In this document: in pieces, positions 1 to 10,005 of the stretch
How positions within the stretch are numbered: position 1 is the stretch's first letter
Layout: each line of letters starts with the position of its first letter
Assembly: GCF_006345805.1 (NCBI RefSeq)
Contig: NC_043026.1
Location: 9,982,001 to 10,046,000 of the forward strand
Length of the DNA stretch: 64,000 bases
Direction: 5' to 3'
Source of the DNA: Octopus sinensis
Lineage: Eukaryota
Program-made: the position numbers and the translations under genes
Notes under the pieces: generated by a model
Told to the model about the DNA's origin: nothing
Database searches by the model: none
Seen by the model: the letters and a program-made list of their open reading frames with translations, nothing else

Positions 1-40
1 CCAGCCAAGCATGTACATCAGGCGCTAAATGATGATGATG
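1..40 (+). mobile_element. 3' tail of an RTE-type LINE or RTE-tailed SINE (partial, window edge)
   Basis: ...GGCGCTAAATGATGATGATG matches the RTE tail at 28785-28810 (GGACGCTAAATGATGATGATG). Confidence 0.5.
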
Positions 41-258
41 CACTAAATTAAGCATATAAATTTATTAAAATTTATATCACAAAATCTTGTGTGAAGCTGA
101 CATCTTTGTAAACTACACTGACCCCTCCACATTGTGTAACAGTTTTAAAATAAAACTACAGAATAGGGGACGCAAACATTAGTCTTTCGCCAGAAATAGA
201 ACTTGACACTTGCACGATTTTCATTAAGAAAAGAAAAAAAAAAAACTCGGATTTTTTG

Positions 259-705
259 CGTGGCATCAAGTACCCTGACCCTCTAACATGCTGCAAGCTC
301 CTTAGGATCTTTTCACTTTGTCCGGCAGATTTAGAAAAATAATTTCCACGAAACTAAACACTTTTAAACTTCGTATACTGGTAGAATGTCTCACATAAAA
401 CATCTTTTTCTCTTGGCGTTCTTGAGAAAATTCTAACAGCAGTAATTGTATTCACCTCAATAGACGTCATTGATTGGTTGAAATTGCCGAAATACGAGAA
501 ATTAAACAAGAAATAGCTTACAAACTACAGAATTTTCTCAAGAACGCCAAGAGAAAAAGATGTTTTATGTGATACATTCTACCAGTATACTAAGTTTAAA
601 AGTGTTTAGTTACAAAGAAATTATTTTTCTAAATCTGCCGGTCAAAGCGAAAAGATTCTAAATGAGCTTGCAGCATATTAGGAGGTCAGGGTACTTGATG
701 CCACG
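259..705. mobile_element. Fold-back (long palindromic) derivative of the GGATCTTTTC-TIR MITE family
   Basis: 259-434 is the imperfect reverse complement of 529-705, with a ~94-bp spacer. The arms align to the end of the MITE at 7792-8217. Confidence 0.8.
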
Positions 706-890
706 AAAAAAAAAACTTCATGCAAGTGAAAAGATCAAAATTTGCTAGTGTTTCACCCCACTCAGTTTTCTCGATCAAAAAAGAGGTTTCGTTGCATGTT
801 AGGAGATCACCGTAATTCATTCAACAAAAAACTTGCCAAGATTTACCGAAATTACTAGTAGAGTGGGCACACATCGCTATTTATTCAAAG

Positions 891-1840
891 GGTGACGAGC
901 TGGCAGAATCCTTAGCACGCCGGGCGAAATGCTTAGCGGTATTTCGTCTGCCGTTAAATTCTGAGTTCAAATTGCGCCGAGGTCATCTTTGCCTTTCATC
1001 CTTTCGGGGTCGATAAATTAAGTACCAGTTACGCACTGGAGGTCGATGTAGTCGACTTAATACCTATGTCTGTCCTTGTTTGTCCCCTCTGTGTTTAGCC
1101 CCTTGTGGGTAATAAAGAAATAGGTATTTCGTCTGCCGTTAAATTCTGAGTTCAAATTCCGCTGAGGTCGACTTTGCCTTTCATCCTTTCGGGGTCGATA
1201 AATTAAGTACCAGTTACGCACTGGGGTCGATGGAATCGACTTAATACCTATGTCTGTCCTTCTTTGTCCCATCTATGTTTAGCCCCTTGTGGGTAGTAAA
1301 GAAATAGGTATTTCGTCTGCCGTTAAATTCTGAGTTCAAATTCCGCCGAGGTCGACTTTGCCTTTCATCCTTTCGGGGTCGATAAATTAAGTACCAGTTA
1401 CGCACTGGGGTCGATGTAGTCGACTTAATACTTATGTTTGTCCCCACTATGTTTAGCCCCTTGTGGGTAATAAAGAAATAGGTATTTCGTTTGCCGTTAA
1501 ATTCTGAGTTCAAATTCCGCCGAGGTCGACATTGCCTTTCATCCTTTCGGGGTCGATAAATTAAGTACCAGTTACGCACTGGGGTCGATGTAGTCGACTT
1601 AATACCTATGTTTGTCCCCACTATGTTTAGCCCCTTGTGGGTAATAAAGAAATAGGTATTTCGTTTGCCGTTAAATTCTGAGTTCAAATTCCGCCGAGGT
1701 CGACTTTGCCTTTCATCCTTTCGGGGTCGATAAATTAAGTACCAGTTACGCACTGGGGTCGATGTAGTCGACTTAATACCTATGTCTGTCCTTCTTTGTC
1801 CCCTCTATGTTTAGCCCCTTGTGGGTAATATAGAAATAGG
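891..1840 (+). mobile_element. tRNA-derived SINE expanded into a 5-unit tandem array (174-185 bp units)
   Basis: One head with an A-box (AGCTGGCAGAAT). Units start GGTATTTCG at 938, 1123, 1307, 1481 and 1655, each with a B-box-like GAGTTCAAATT. Flanked by the 13-bp direct repeat TATTTATTCAAAG (878-890, 1841-1853). Confidence 0.9.
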
Positions 1841-2192
1841 TATTTATTCAAAGACACAAAACGTTCGATAAATTATAACAGAGTATTGGTGTCTGGACAT
1901 TTCGGTGGTTGGAGAGTATTCCAGAATGATTCTTAAACGAAAAAAAAAAAAAAAAAAAAAACCAACTAACGTGTCAACGATCGGGAGTGTAGAGAGTAGG
2001 TTCCATAGCGAAAATAGCAACCAAATTCCGCCCAAATCAAACATTTCTCTTCCATAGCTAGAAACAGCCAAATCGCACGCGCAGTTCAAGGACATCTCTC
2101 ATTCATAAAACATAGAAGAGATTCTAAGAATAGAAGTGTCAAAAAACGAACGCATACAGAATTAAAAGCACTGAACATCTTCATTGTTTAAT

Positions 2193-2407
2193 ACTTACGG
2201 AAACGCTTCATAAAGGATAGAGTTGTTATATATGCGTGTATCTGGTTGTAGGGAAATGCTTAATAAGTACGGATTATAAGTATTATAAATGTATTAAGTG
2301 ATTCAGAGAAATTAATGAACAGGACTTTAAACTGGATATGGGCGTCAAGTAGGATGTGCGTTCAATGCGCATGCGTATCTCCTCTCCTGGAATATATTAT
2401 CTCCCTT
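2193..2407 (-). promoter_or_regulatory. Putative promoter and first non-coding exon of a ZNF gene (ZNF0) lying left of the window
   Basis: Same cassette as the other units on the - strand: AAGGGAGATAA (2397-2407), GCGCATGCGT (2367-2376), donor GTAAGT (2193-2198), degenerate VNTR unit near 2030-2080. Confidence 0.6.
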
Positions 2408-2429
2408 CATATCACGGTAGAGTACTGTT

Positions 2430-2756
2430 CAGTGAGGGCGCGTGGCTTAGTGGTTAGGGCATTCGGCTCATGATCGTAAGGTTGTGAGTTCGATTCCCGG
2501 CGACGCGTTGTGTCCTTGAGCAAGACACTTTACTTCACGTTGCTCCAGTCCACTCAGCTGGCAAAAATGAGTTGTACTTGTATTTCAAAGGGTCAGCCTT
2601 GTCACTCTCTGTGTCACGCTGATTATCCCCGAGAACTACGTTAAGGGTACACGTGTCTGTGGAATGCTCAGCCATTTGCACGTTAATTTCACGAGCAAGC
2701 TGTTCCGTTGATTGTATCAGCTGGGACCCTCGTCGTCGTAACCGGCGGAGTCTTTT
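2430..2756 (+). mobile_element. tRNA-derived SINE with a CORE-like central domain
   Basis: A-box TGGCTTAGTGG, B-box GAGTTCGATTCC, GTGTCCTTGAGCAAGACACTT core, 12-bp TSD TAGAGTACTGTT (2418-2429, 2757-2768). Confidence 0.85.
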
Positions 2757-2819
2757 TAGAGTACTGTTAAAATGTGTGGGTGTCCCCGACGGAGGGAGGA
2801 CAGAGTAACGACGCAGACA

Positions 2820-3886
2820 CGTTGGCACGCCGGGCGAAGTGCTTAGCGGTATTTCGTCTGCCGCTACGTTGTGAGTTCAAATTCCGCCGAGGTCGACTTT
2901 GCCTTTCATCCTTTCGGGGTCGATAAATTAAGTACCAGTTTAGCACTGGAGGTCGATGTAATCGACTTAATACCTAAGTCTGTCCTTGTTTTTAGCCCCT
3001 TGTGGGTAATAAATAGGTATTTCGTCTGCCACTAAGTTCTGAGCTCAAATTCCGCCAAGGTCGACTTTGCCTTTCATCCTTTCGGGGTCGATAAATTAAG
3101 TACCAGTTACGAACTGGGGTCGATGTAATCGACTTAATACCTATGTCTGTCCTTGTTTGTCCCCTCTGTGTTTAGCCCCTTGTGGGTAATAAAGAAATAG
3201 GTGTTTCATCTGCCGCTCCGTTCTGAGTTCAAATTCCGCCGAGGTCGACTTTGCCTTCCATCCTTTCGGGGTCGATAAATTAAGTACTAGTTACGCACTG
3301 GAGGTCGATGTAATCGACTTAATACCTATGTCTGTCCTTGTTTAGCCCCTTGTGGGTAATAAAGAAATAGGTATTTCGTCTGCCGCTACGTTCTGAGTTC
3401 AAATTCCGCCGAGGTCAACTTTGCCTTTCATCCTTTCGTGGTCGATAAATTAAGTACCACTTTAGCACTGGAGGTCGATGTAATCGACTTAATACCTATG
3501 TCTGTCCTTGTTTAGCCCCTTGTGGGTAATAAAGAAATAGGTATTTCGTCTACCACTACGTTCTGAGTTCAAATTCCGCCGAGGTCGACTTTGCCTTTCA
3601 TCCTTTCGGGGTCGATAAATTAAGTACCAGTTTAGCACTGGAGGTCGATGTAATCGACTTAATACCTATGTCTGTCCTTGTTTTTAGCCCCTTGTGGGTA
3701 ATAAATAGGTATTTCGTCTGCCACTACGTTCTGAGTTCAAATACCGCCGAGGTCGACTTTGCCTTTCATCCTTTCGGGGTCGATAAATTAAGTACCACTT
3801 TAGCACCGGAGGTCGATGTAATCGACTTAATACCTATATCTGTTCTTGTTTAGCCCCTTGTGAGTAATAAAGAAATAGGTATTTCG
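2820..3886 (+). mobile_element. Second tandem array (6 units) of the same SINE as 891-1840, head 5'-truncated
   Basis: Units start at 2848, 3016, 3200, 3370, 3540 and 3708. The array ends 9 nt into a seventh unit (GGTATTTCG). No TSD seen. Confidence 0.9.
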
Positions 3887-4066
3887 GGCTGTCAGAAGGA
3901 GGAAGAATTTTGGTATATAGGTGCTTGCACCAAGGAAAATAAGGAGTTGAAAATTAGAAAAACAAAACAAAAATATCTGAAAGTTTTGGAAATATTTTAA
4001 TTTCCATTGCATGAAACACAGGAATATTAAAAATACATAGCAAACATGAAACTATCTCTTTCCTTT

Positions 4067-5470
4067 CTACCCTGTGTGAATAGATTTGTGTCTAGATAAT
4101 TTACTACTTTCAGAGAATGATTTACCACAAATGTCACAGTGATATGGTTTCTCTCCTGTATGAATATATTTGTGTTTCATTAAGTTGCCATCTTGAGAGA
4201 ATGATTTACCACAGATATTACAATGATACGGTTTCTCTCCTGTATGAATACGTTTGTGCTTTGTTAAGCTACTATTTTGAGAGAATGTTTTACCACAGAT
4301 ATCACAATCATAAGGTTTCTCTCCAGTATGAATATATTTGTGATGTGTTAAGTCAAAGTTTTGAGAGAATGATTTACCACAAATATCACAGTGATATGGT
4401 TTCTCTCCTGTATGAATAAGTTTGTGTTTTGTTAAGCTACTATTCTGATAGTAAGATTTACCACAGGTATCACAATTATATTGTTTCTCGCCTGTATGAA
4501 TAAGTTTGTGTTTAGTTAAGTGACTACTATTAGAGAAGGATTTTTCACAGACATCACAGTGATATGGCTTCTCTCCTGTATGAGTACGTGTGTGTGCAAT
4601 AACAGTACTATTTCTAGAGAATGATTTACCACAGATATCACACTGAAATGGTTTCTCTCCTGTATGAATACGTCTGTGCTTTGCTAAGCCACTATTGGCA
4701 GAGAATGATTTACCACAAAACTCACAATGATATGGTTTCTCTCCTGTATGAATACGTTTATGTGTAGTTAAGATACTATTATGAGAGAATGATTCTCCAC
4801 AGATATCACAGTGATACGGTTTCTCTCCTGTATGAATACGTTTGTGTTTTGTTAAGTCACTATTATCAAAGAATGATTTACTACAAATATCACAGTGATA
4901 TGATTTCTCTCCTGTATGAATATGTTTGTGTCTAGTTAAGACACTATTTTGCGAGAATGATTTGCCACAGATATCACAGTGATATGGCTTCTCTCCTGAA
5001 TGAACACGTTTGTGTTTTGTTAAGGCAGTATTTTCAGAGAAAGGTTTGTTACAAATATCACAATGATATGGTTTCTCTCCTGTATGAATGCGTCTGTGTT
5101 TCGTTAAGTGAATACTTTGAGAGAATGATTTACCACAGATGTCACAGTGATATGGTTTCTCTCCTGTATGGGTACGTTTGTGTTTAGTTAAGATACTATT
5201 ATGAGAGAATGATTTACCACAGATGTCACAATGATAGGGTTTCTCTCCTGTATGAATACGTTTGTGTCCAGCTAAGTGAATACTTTGAGAGAATAATTTA
5301 CCACAGATATCACAATGATACGGTTTCTCTCCTGTATGAATACGTTTGTGCATAAGAAGGTTACTTTTTTGAGGGAAGGACTTTCTACAGATATCACAGT
5401 CATACGATCTCCTCTCTTTTGTCATGGGTTCTGAGGAAATCAATTGTATACGTTTCTCACTCTTTTCCAT
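4067..5470 (-). CDS. ZNF1: C2H2 zinc-finger protein, 16 fingers, no effector domain
   Basis: Uninterrupted ORF with 16 C-x2-C-x12-H-x3-H repeats and TGEKP-type linkers; ATG at 5470; splice acceptor at 5822-5823. Confidence 0.93.
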   Translation of the reverse strand: MEKSEKRIQLISSEPMTKERRSYDCDICRKSFPQKSNLLMHKRIHTGEKPYHCDICGKLFSQSIHLAGHKRIHTGEKPYHCDICGKSFSHNSILTKHKRTHTGEKPYHCDICGKSFSQSIHLTKHRRIHTGEKPYHCDICNKPFSENTALTKHKRVHSGEKPYHCDICGKSFSQNSVLTRHKHIHTGEKSYHCDICSKSFFDNSDLTKHKRIHTGEKPYHCDICGESFSHNSILTTHKRIHTGEKPYHCEFCGKSFSANSGLAKHRRIHTGEKPFQCDICGKSFSRNSTVIAHTRTHTGEKPYHCDVCEKSFSNSSHLTKHKLIHTGEKQYNCDTCGKSYYQNSSLTKHKLIHTGEKPYHCDICGKSFSQNFDLTHHKYIHTGEKPYDCDICGKTFSQNSSLTKHKRIHTGEKPYHCNICGKSFSQDGNLMKHKYIHTGEKPYHCDICGKSFSESSKLSRHKSIHTG

Positions 5471-5889
5471 CACTTTTCCTCTAAAATCTCAGTTTATATA
5501 TCTTTCTATCTTCTCTTATACTTTATTCTTTACATACACTTCTACTGCTGTATTTCTGTCCAGTGTTACCTTTATTTAACAGCACTAAGATATAGTTATC
5601 CAACTTTAATCAGCACTTGGGATCTTCGTCTTGACTCTCCAGTTAGTGATGTTCAGAAATTTTGCTAACAATATAATTCCAGAACAAATGTTTCCCAAGG
5701 AAATCCTCCACAGATTTGTAGAAATAATGCTATACATCTGTTTTGTATAATATTTTCCTTTAGTTAAAACATGGTAGATATTGAGGATGCTTCTTCTTTT
5801 ACATCAATGCTGTCTGATATTCTGAAATTATAGAGAAACAACAGTGTAAGATGTAGATGTTACTTAAAAAATACAGATTCACTTGCGTT

Positions 5890-6335
5890 ACTGGAGGCAA
5901 AGAATACGTGAAAATGGGACACCCCAAAAGACATGGTATGAAGTGCTGAACCGGTCGTGTGATATGACAAAGAGCCGAGATGTCTGGCAACTTGCTACAC
6001 CTGAGAAGCCTTGTACTCCACAATGGAAGCGTTAGGACTCGTGCGTCTGATGGTGAAAAGCACTTGTGGTTATTCTTCATAAAAGCAGACATGCAATGCC
6101 ATGTAAAAGTGCCACCATGTGAAAGTGCCTGTGCAGTGCCACATAAAAGCACCGTGCGCACTCTGGGAGTTGTGGTTGGCACTGTGAAGGACATCCAGCT
6201 GTAGAAACCATGACAAATCAGACTGGATTCTGCTGTAGTTCCCCAGCTCTGGTCGAACCAGCCAATCATGGACAAACCGTCTGGTCGAACCAGCTAACCC
6301 ATACCAGGTGTACAACCGACGTTAAACGATGTTGT
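5890..6335 (+). mobile_element. Old 5'-truncated RTE LINE 3' fragment in ZNF1 intron 1 (antisense to ZNF1)
   Basis: GGGACACCCCAAAAGACATGGTATGAAGTG resembles the RTE C-terminal GRPRKTWxEV motif; ends GACGTTAAACGATGTTG like the RTE tails. Confidence 0.6.
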
Positions 6336-6384
6336 TAACCTAAACATAATTTTTTTTAAATTACGGAGATCGTGTGCTGAAACG

Positions 6385-6625
6385 AAAACAATTGCAGCGT
6401 TGAAGGTGTTTGTAAGCCATTTAAGAAACACACAAAAGCCGTTCGATTCACTTCAACATTTAAGTTTTATTTGTCAAAATATTTTCATCGCTATAAGACC
6501 GCGACAAAAATCCGTGCAGCGATGAAAATATTTTGACAAATTAACCTTAAATGTTGAAGTGAATCGAACGGCTTTTGTGTGTTTCTTAAATGGCTTACAA
6601 ACACCTTCCACGCTGCAATTGTTTT
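6385..6625. repeat. Near-perfect inverted repeat (~108-bp arms, 25-nt loop), MITE-like
   Basis: 6385-6492 is the reverse complement of 6518-6625 with few mismatches. Confidence 0.9.
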
Positions 6626-6954
6626 AAAACAAAGTAAATAAAACGAAAACAGAAAGTAAGGATCGACTAGTCACGACTAGCTAGCGTGGATGTGCGAGTA
6701 CGCGCACCGGGACCACTCTTCGTAAATAGTACCGACAAATTAATGGGTATACAAGTTGCCGAGACCCACATAAAAGGGCCCTGTCACCATCACTTCCGGT
6801 TTCTATCGTAAAATACATTTTTTTCAGGATAATTTACTTTTAGAAAATATACATTTTTATTGTTTAGGAATCGATTTAGCGGAGCCAAACAATACACACA
6901 CCACCCAGAGTTAGACACAACAACCAAATCCCGTACAACCCAAGAGACATCTAC

Positions 6955-7250
6955 CTGCCATAGCTAGAAATAGCAGCTAAGTCACACACAGATCATAGAA
7001 TCTCTCTTCCATAGCTAGAAATAGCAGCCAAGTCACACACAGATCATAGAATCTCTCTTCCATAGCTAGAAATAGCAGCCAAATCACACAGAGATCATAG
7101 AATCTCTCTTCCATAGCTAGAAATAGCAGCCAAATCACACACAGATCATGGAATCTCTCTTCCATAGCTAGAAATAGCAGCCAAATCACACACATATCAT
7201 AGAATCTCTCTTCCATAGCTAGAAATAGCAGCCAAATCACGCACAAATCA
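6955..7250 (-). repeat. Intron-1 minisatellite of ZNF1, 51-bp unit, ~5.7 copies
   Basis: TAGCTAGAAATAGCAGCCAAAT recurs at 6961, 7012, 7063, 7114, 7165 and 7216. Confidence 0.95.
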
Positions 7251-7356
7251 GTGACATCTCTCGTTCATAAAAAACATAGAAGAGAAACAAAGAATTGACG
7301 CACCAAAAACCGAACGTCTACAGAATTAAACACATTGAATATTTTCATTGCTTAAT

Positions 7357-7534
7357 ACTTACGGAAATGTTTCATAAAGGATTGTATTGTTATATATATG
7401 TGTATATCTGGCAGTTGAGAAATAAATTATTAGTATTACACATGAATTAATCAGCTGATTAAGAGAAATTCACGCACCTGGACAATTAACCAGAAATCAG
7501 AATGGATTGGGAAGAGTTTTCAATGCGCATGCGT
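7357..7534 (-). promoter_or_regulatory. Putative promoter and exon 1 of ZNF1
   Basis: GCGCATGCGT at 7525-7534; donor GTAAGT at 7357-7362 (- strand). Confidence 0.65.
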
Positions 7535-7791
7535 TTCTCCTCTGTTACTATTTAAGGCAGCCAAAAGTCTAATTCGTTCACCTTTTATGTATTGCTGTTG
7601 ATATGTGTGTGATGTCCAGTGGAGAGGTACAACGGACTAATGAACTTTGCAACTTTTCGCTTCTCCATCGCTAATTGCTAATTTCTTAATTGCCACTTTC
7701 TTCTATCCATCCATTCCTCCTGTCAGGTTCACAAGTGCTTTAACTCATTCCATTCCTAATTTCTCTTAGCTTACTTAGCATCCCCGGTTTC

Positions 7792-8217
7792 GGATCTTTT
7801 CGGTTTGACCGGCAGTTTTTTTAATATAATTTCCACGTAACTAAACACTTTTAAACATCGTATACTGGTAGAATGTGTTTATAAACATCTTTTTCTCTTG
7901 GCTTTATTGAGAAAATTCTATTGTTTGTAAGATATTTGTTTTTTTCTTCTTCAATTTCTGCAATTTCAACCAATCAGTGACGTCTATTGAGGTAAAAAAA
8001 AACATTCTGTGCCGTATAAATATGTCCCTCGTTTAAGAAACAGATTGGATTCATTTATCTTTGTGAAGAAAAAAGATACCCTTCCCCCCACCCCTAACTA
8101 AATCTAACCCTAAAACACATTGAAATGCAATAGATCGATACTAGGGTCATAATTATGGGTGACAATTTCATATGACACCGCTAGTAAAAAACTGCCGAAA
8201 AAACCCCGAAAAGATCC
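7792..8217. mobile_element. MITE with GGATCTTTTCGG...CCGAAAAGATCC terminal inverted repeats
   Basis: TIRs at both ends; interior matches the copies at 13523, 18304 and 56376 in the opposite orientation. Confidence 0.85.
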
Positions 8218-8289
8218 ACACTTTCTCCTAACAACGTCATTACCCTGTTGTCTTTCAAAGCCATCCCCTTATTTTGGGGGAGTGAAGGT

Positions 8290-8451
8290 ACGCATGCGCT
8301 TTGAGACTGCTTCCTACTTCTGTTACACGTCCTTTTCATTAATTTCTCTTAATTAGTTGGTAATATATTTATAATTGTTATAATGTATTTCTCAATTACC
8401 AGATACACCCATATATAACAACTCTATCCTTTATGAAACATTTCCGTAAGT
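8290..8451 (+). promoter_or_regulatory. Putative promoter and exon 1 of ZNF2
   Basis: ACGCATGCGC at 8290-8299; conserved TATCCTTTATGAAACATTTCC followed by GTAAGT at 8446-8451; acceptor TTTTCAG ends at 10518. Confidence 0.65.
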
Positions 8452-9118
8452 ATTAAATAATGAAAATATTCAATGTGTTTAATTCTGTAGACGTTTCGGT
8501 TTTTGGCGCATCGAGCATTCTTTCGATATAACTCTACAAAATCGAAACATTTCGCTTCGGGTATCTCCGTGGGTTGTGGAGTATAGATATAACGGAATTA
8601 TGCCAGCAATTTCTCGTTTTAAACTTGAAGAAAAAAAAAGCCTTGCATATTTGTCCTTCCCTGTTTCGTGTCTGTATGTAAAATCCGTAAATTTCCAAGC
8701 AGAAAACAGAATCGAACTTTCAATTGCTTCCACGGAAATACCCGAAGTGAAACGTTTTGATTTTGTCGAGTTATATCGAAAGAATGCCGCGCATCGATTC
8801 TTTGTTTCTGTTCTATGTTTTATTAACGAATGATGTCCTTGATTTTTGCGGCATTTCACTGCTATCTCTAGCTATGGATGAGAGGTGTCTGGTATGTGCA
8901 AGATTTGGCTGCTATTTCTCGCTGCGAAATCTGCCTTCTACACATTCCATCGTTGACACGTTCTCCTTCTTTTTTCTTTCGTTTAAGAAATATTCTGAAA
9001 TACACTCCAACCACTGAAATGTTCAGAAACCAACATTCTTTTATAGTTTATCGAATGTTTGTTTCTTTGTATAGCTAACGATGTCTGCCCATTCTACTAG
9101 CAATTTCTTTCCTCCTAA

Positions 9119-9479
9119 TCTTTATATATAAAAGAGAAGTTGTGTGCTGTCTGTCTCCTACGATTTAGATTCCTAACTACTCCCACATTTTGTGGTGCAG
9201 TTTAACCAAAACCGGGTATCTTATAGTCGTGATTCATATCGAGCCCTTCTGGGTATTAGCGCGCGTCTACGATGAGTCTACGATTAAAAAAAAAATTACC
9301 ATCATTTTTTTCCATTTTAATGCATTTTTTCGCTATTATATAAGGGAAGTAACTCTAAAAATGTCTACGATGAATCAACGATTTAAAAAAAATTTACCAT
9401 AATTTTGCTATAACTCTCTAAAAATGCTTATATAGTTATTTCCCTTACAAACCCGAGCAACGCCGGGCGATAGTGCTAG
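9119..9479 (+). mobile_element. Short non-autonomous Helitron
   Basis: 5' TC after A; 3' hairpin CCCGAGCAACGCCGGG then CTAG followed by T; no TSD. These are the canonical Helitron ends. Confidence 0.85.
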
Positions 9480-9663
9480 TATTGAATATAAAGTTTCTGA
9501 AAGTACATTTCAGGTGATGGAGATAATGATTATGTAGGAATTTGTTGAGAAGAGAAAAGTACAATTGAATGGGGATTATGGATATTTTGTACATTCGACT
9601 TTGTTTCCTCATGCTTGTAGGTTTACAATTATGCAACTAAATAAATAAATAAGGTGGAGTTTG

Positions 9664-10005
9664 GGATCTTTTCGGTTTGAACGGCAGTTTGATTTCTGGC
9701 GGTTTCTAGTGCTTGATGCCCTTCCTAGTGCCAACCACTTCACAGAGTGTGCATTGTGCTTTTATGAGGAACGGCCACAAGTGCTTTTTGCCACCAGAAG
9801 GACGAGTCTTAACACTTCTGTAATGGAGTGCAGGTGTTCATGGGCATATCAAGGTGCAAGACATCTTGGTCTATTATGATGTCGCGTGAATAGTTCAGCA
9901 TCCTGAGTCTGCTCTTCAGCACTTCATACCATGTCTTCCAGGACGTCCCACTTCCTCATGTTCCATCTACTTTGAGAGATTGACACTTCTTTATGGAGAT
10001 GTTGA
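9664..10005 (-). mobile_element. 27-bp MITE TIR stub followed by an old RTE 3' fragment (antisense to ZNF2)
   Basis: GGATCTTTTCGGTTTGAACGGCAGTTT at 9664-9690; the reverse strand reads KKCQSLKVDGT...KTWYEVLK, similar to the RTE C-terminus. Confidence 0.55.

Noticed and set aside
1057-1753. Repetitive ORFs (MRNWYLIYRPRKDERQ...) on the - strand
   Set aside because: Antisense translation of the tandem SINE units; no coding evidence.
2434-2505. tRNA-like sequence with CTCATGA (CAT anticodon-like) loop
   Set aside because: The acceptor stem does not pair, and the sequence continues into a SINE body with a TSD. It is a SINE head, as are the heads at 891, 10006 and 62551.
891-3886. CRISPR-like or satellite interpretation of the regularly spaced repeats
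   Set aside because: Units are contiguous with no unique spacers, contain Pol III boxes, and the DNA is eukaryotic.
6977-7246. ORF with a 17-aa repeat (MCVIWLLFLAMEERFYD)
   Set aside because: By-product of a 51-bp intronic VNTR; paralogous arrays use 52-bp units that break the frame.
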